A stretch of 63,886 bases of DNA, filler included, from an uncultured Gemmatimonadota bacterium (GTDB taxonomy: Bacteria > Blakebacterota > Blakebacteria > Blakebacterales > Blakebacteraceae): the NCBI GenBank assembly GCA_964576115.1. It is 3 parts of 3 records of this genome, joined end to end, with 100 filler letters (N's around TTAATTAATTAA, not from the genome) between each part and the next. Parts side by side here need not be neighbours in the genome. Positions count along the whole stretch, not along the records: positions 59,494 to 63,886 come from CAZNUA010000108.1; 2 more parts are not named here. One strand, written 5' to 3'. The notes beneath the pieces were generated by a model. That model was not told the origin of the DNA and ran no database searches. It was given only the letters and a program-made list of their open reading frames with translations. The position numbers and the translations under genes were made by a program. Shown here piece after piece: positions 60,876-63,886 of the stretch (its first letter is position 1; each line of letters begins with the position of its first letter).

Positions 60876-61628
60876 GTGTCTGAAAGAACGTGGATGCGGA
60901 AAGTGCGCCTGGCGGCGGGGCTGACCGCCGCCATGGCCCTCTTTATCGGGGGCTGCGGCGGTGGTGGCGGTTCCACCGGACCGAATGGTGACGAGACCGA
61001 CCTCCTCTATGAAGAGTATTTCACAGAGGCCACCGACGGCAGTATCCCGGTAGGGTGGGAGATTATCACCCAGGAGGCGGCTACCGAGGAGGGCCCCGAA
61101 GACTGGAAGGTGCATCAGCGTCGTCTGCGTCAGGCATCCAACATCCGGGCTCCCAGTACGCCGGGGCTGTCCTACAATCTCGACTACGAGGGAACCATGG
61201 CGGTCGTCGGTGACACCGCCTGGACGAACATCTCCTACCGGGTCGAGATCTGGCCGCAGGATGACGACGCGGTCGGGGTCATCTTCCGGTACTCCGAATC
61301 GGATACCGATCCCGACGGGAACTTCTACCGTCTCATCATGATCGACGATGATGCCTCAGGCGGCCCGAAACTGCGACTCGACCTGCACCAGGACGGAGAG
61401 TGGACGATCCTGGAAGAAAAGACGACCACCTACGGCGGGTACAACAAGGACAACCGCTATGTCGTCGAGATCGAGATGGTGGTCGATGATTTCACCGTCA
61501 AGATCGACGGCACGATCGTGTTCGAATTCACCGACGACACTCTGGGAAAGGGCCGGGTCGGTCTCTTCTGTTACGCTCAGGAGGGAGCGGAATTCGACAA
61601 CATCAAAGTCTACCGGCGCGGGCCATGA
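60876..61628 (+). CDS. Lipoprotein with beta-sandwich (DUF1080/concanavalin-like) domain
   Basis: Lipobox FIGGC plus Gly linker; QDDDAVGVIFRY, NFYRL, GRVGLF..AEFDNIKV; start 60876 or 60894. Confidence 0.65.
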   Translation: MSERTWMRKVRLAAGLTAAMALFIGGCGGGGGSTGPNGDETDLLYEEYFTEATDGSIPVGWEIITQEAATEEGPEDWKVHQRRLRQASNIRAPSTPGLSYNLDYEGTMAVVGDTAWTNISYRVEIWPQDDDAVGVIFRYSESDTDPDGNFYRLIMIDDDASGGPKLRLDLHQDGEWTILEEKTTTYGGYNKDNRYVVEIEMVVDDFTVKIDGTIVFEFTDDTLGKGRVGLFCYAQEGAEFDNIKVYRRGP

Positions 61629-62638
61629 GTTCGTCCGGCACCGGCGCCGATCAGTCTGAGGGCCCCTTCCCGGGGCCCTCTTTATTGGCTGCCGCCCGCG
61701 AGGCCGTGGCCGGTATCGCCCGTCCCACTCCGCTCCTGCCCGCTCCGATTCTCTCCGAGTGCTGCGGGGGCGACGTATTCTGCAAGTGCGAGAACCTGCA
61801 GGTCACCGGCAGTTTCAAAGTGCGGGGGGCGGCGACACGGATGCTGGCGCTCACCGACAGCGAGCGCCGGCGCGGAGTGGTGACCTGTTCGAGCGGTAAC
61901 CACGGTCGGGCGACAGCGTACGTAGCCCAACGGCTGGGTATCCCGGCCGTCATCTGCGTGCCCGAATGGGTCGATCCGGTCAAGCTCACGGCGATGCGAT
62001 CCCACGGCGCCCGTATGGAGATCGAAGGCGCGACCTATGACGAGGCCGAAGCCCACTCGTTCGAGATCGCGTCGGCCGAGGGTCTGGTCTATGTCCATCC
62101 CTTCGACGATCCCCGCGTCATCGCCGGGCAGGGGACGATCGGTCTCGAGTTGTACGACGACATGCCCGGCCTCGACACGGCTGTCGTGCCGCTCTCGGGG
62201 GGTGGACTCATCTCGGGCATCGGTCTGACCTTGAAGGGGGCCGATCCCTCCATCCGGATCATCGGGGTGAGCGCGGAACGGGCCAGGGTCATGCACGAGA
62301 GTGTGCAGGCCGGCCGGCCGCTGGAGATGACCGAAGAAGAGACGATTGCCAGCGCTCTCTCGGGCGGGATCGGGACCCGGAACCGTCACACCCTGCGGCT
62401 GGTGACCGAACTGGTGGATGAGTACGTGCTGGTGAGCGAGGCCGAAATCGCCGTTGCCATGCGCACGGTCGCGACCGAACTCAAACTCGTCGTCGAAGGG
62501 GGTGGGGCGGTGGCGGTGGCCGCCCTGCTGGCCGGGAAGCTCGAACTGCCCGGTCAGCGGGTCGCAGTGGTCGTGAGCGGCGGTAATGTCGATCCCGCTC
62601 TCTATACGTCGATCCTGAATTCTGCATCCCGGTCGTGA
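61625..62638 (+). CDS. Threonine/serine dehydratase family PLP enzyme
   Basis: KCENLQVTGSFKVRGA, SSGNHG, HPFDD, SGGGLISG, VSGGN; no ACT domain. Confidence 0.92.
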   Translation: MSSSGTGADQSEGPFPGPSLLAAAREAVAGIARPTPLLPAPILSECCGGDVFCKCENLQVTGSFKVRGAATRMLALTDSERRRGVVTCSSGNHGRATAYVAQRLGIPAVICVPEWVDPVKLTAMRSHGARMEIEGATYDEAEAHSFEIASAEGLVYVHPFDDPRVIAGQGTIGLELYDDMPGLDTAVVPLSGGGLISGIGLTLKGADPSIRIIGVSAERARVMHESVQAGRPLEMTEEETIASALSGGIGTRNRHTLRLVTELVDEYVLVSEAEIAVAMRTVATELKLVVEGGGAVAVAALLAGKLELPGQRVAVVVSGGNVDPALYTSILNSASRS

Positions 62639-62665
62639 CCGGGGGCGGAATTCCGAGTCAGGGCG

Positions 62666-63811
62666 CTACATCCTCTTGATCACATCCGAGGCGATCACCG
62701 ACCGCTGGATCTGATTGGTGCCTTCGTATATCTGGGTGATCTTGGCGTCCCGCATGTACTTTTCGACCGGATACTCCCTCATATAACCGTAACCGCCCAT
62801 GATCTGGACCGCGTCGGTGGTGACCTTCATGGCCACATCGGAAGCGAAGAGCTTGGCCATGGCCGAGTGGCGGGCGACATCCTTCTCGCCGGAATCGATC
62901 GAACGGGCCGAGGCGTAGACCATAGCCCGGGCGGCTTCGATCTGGGTGGCCATGTCGGCGATCATGAACTGAATGCCCTGGAAACTCGTGATCGGGCGGC
63001 CGAACTGGATCCGCTCCTTGCCGTAGCGGACCGCCTCTTCGAAGGCTCCCTGTGCGATGCCGACAGCCTGGGCTCCCACCCCGGGACGGGTGCGGTCGAA
63101 GGTGCGCATGGTGATGATGAAGCCCTGGCCGCGCTTGCCGAGGATGTTCTCCTTCGGGACCAGGCAGTCGGAGAAGACCAGCTCGGTCGTCTTCGAGGCC
63201 CGGATTCCCATTTTGTCTTCCTTCTTGCCGAAGGTGAAACCGGGGGTGCCCTTCTCGACCATGATGGCCGACATGCCCCGCGGACCGCGCCCGGGATCGG
63301 TATTCACGATCACGGTGTAGATATCGGCTTCCTCACCGTTGGAGATGAACTGTTTGGTCCCGTTGAGGATAAAACCGTCGTCGGTCTCGACGGCGGCGGT
63401 CTTCACTCCGCCGGCGTCCGAACCGGCGCTGGCTTCGGTCAGGGCGAAAGCGGCGTACTTGGTCCCGTCGGCCACTTCGTGGAGCCAGCGCTCCTTCTGC
63501 TCGGGGGTGCCGAACTGCTTGATCGGTTCGGCCGCCAGGGCGTTGGCGGAATAGGTCGTGGCCACCCCGGCGCAGATGCGCGACAGTTCCTCGGTGACGA
63601 TGCAGATCTCCATCGTACCCCCGCCGAGCCCGCCGGCCTCCTCGGGCACGAAGACGCGCATCAGGTCGGCCCGGGCCAGTTCCTGCATAATCTCGTGGGG
63701 GAAAGTGCCGCTCTGGTCGAGTTCGGCCCGTACCGGTTTGACCTTTTCTTCCGCGATCGTACGGGTCAGATCGCGAATCATCTCCTGCTCTTCGGTAAAG
63801 AAGTAGTTCAT
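62666..63811 (-). CDS. Acyl-CoA dehydrogenase (butyryl-CoA type)
   Basis: FALTEASAGSD, LNGTKQFISN, KEDKMGIRAS, QIMGGYGY, IYEGTNQIQR. Confidence 0.95.
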   Translation of the reverse strand: MNYFFTEEQEMIRDLTRTIAEEKVKPVRAELDQSGTFPHEIMQELARADLMRVFVPEEAGGLGGGTMEICIVTEELSRICAGVATTYSANALAAEPIKQFGTPEQKERWLHEVADGTKYAAFALTEASAGSDAGGVKTAAVETDDGFILNGTKQFISNGEEADIYTVIVNTDPGRGPRGMSAIMVEKGTPGFTFGKKEDKMGIRASKTTELVFSDCLVPKENILGKRGQGFIITMRTFDRTRPGVGAQAVGIAQGAFEEAVRYGKERIQFGRPITSFQGIQFMIADMATQIEAARAMVYASARSIDSGEKDVARHSAMAKLFASDVAMKVTTDAVQIMGGYGYMREYPVEKYMRDAKITQIYEGTNQIQRSVIASDVIKRM

Positions 63812-63886
63812 GCACCCTCTCCCGATTCCTGCCGGGTAGTGATAGGCTGCCGGTCGAACGCATATCAGCCGATGGGTACGCTCGCC

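Overview
High-GC bacterial draft/MAG sequence made of three unrelated contigs joined by artificial N44-TTAATTAATTAA-N44 linkers (29676-29775, 59394-59493), plus four 100-N scaffold gaps. Contig 1 (1-29675) carries a partial pilin-like gene, an M16 zinc protease, two beta-propeller lipoproteins, a TAXI-TRAP transporter, a 6xPKD/PQQ-propeller protein, an aldehyde dehydrogenase, an S9 hydrolase, a minus-strand run M23-selB-comF-gap-pgk-tpiA-secG-tRNA-Leu(GAG), a PpiD/SurA-like PPIase, a cysteine desulfurase-like protein, a full-length but catalytically degenerate AroA paralogue and a partial histidine kinase. Contig 2 (29776-59393) carries a tightly coupled membrane protein / NifS-SelD fusion / N-terminal-SPASM radical SAM cluster, YbaK, YbaN, a third propeller lipoprotein, a cold-shock gene with a terminator in its leader, an RHH-VapC toxin-antitoxin pair, mutM, a TonB-like protein, an HEXXH protein, an MFS transporter and the full tuf-S10-spc-alpha ribosomal protein cluster, where uL30, uS5 and uL3 have long charged extensions. 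Contig 3 (59494-63886) has an aminotransferase, a lipoprotein, a threonine/serine dehydratase and an acyl-CoA dehydrogenase. Best novelty candidates: the NifS-SelD plus radical SAM operon, the AroA pseudoenzyme and the histone-H1-like uL30 extension. All calls are by-eye motif recognition; no searches were run.
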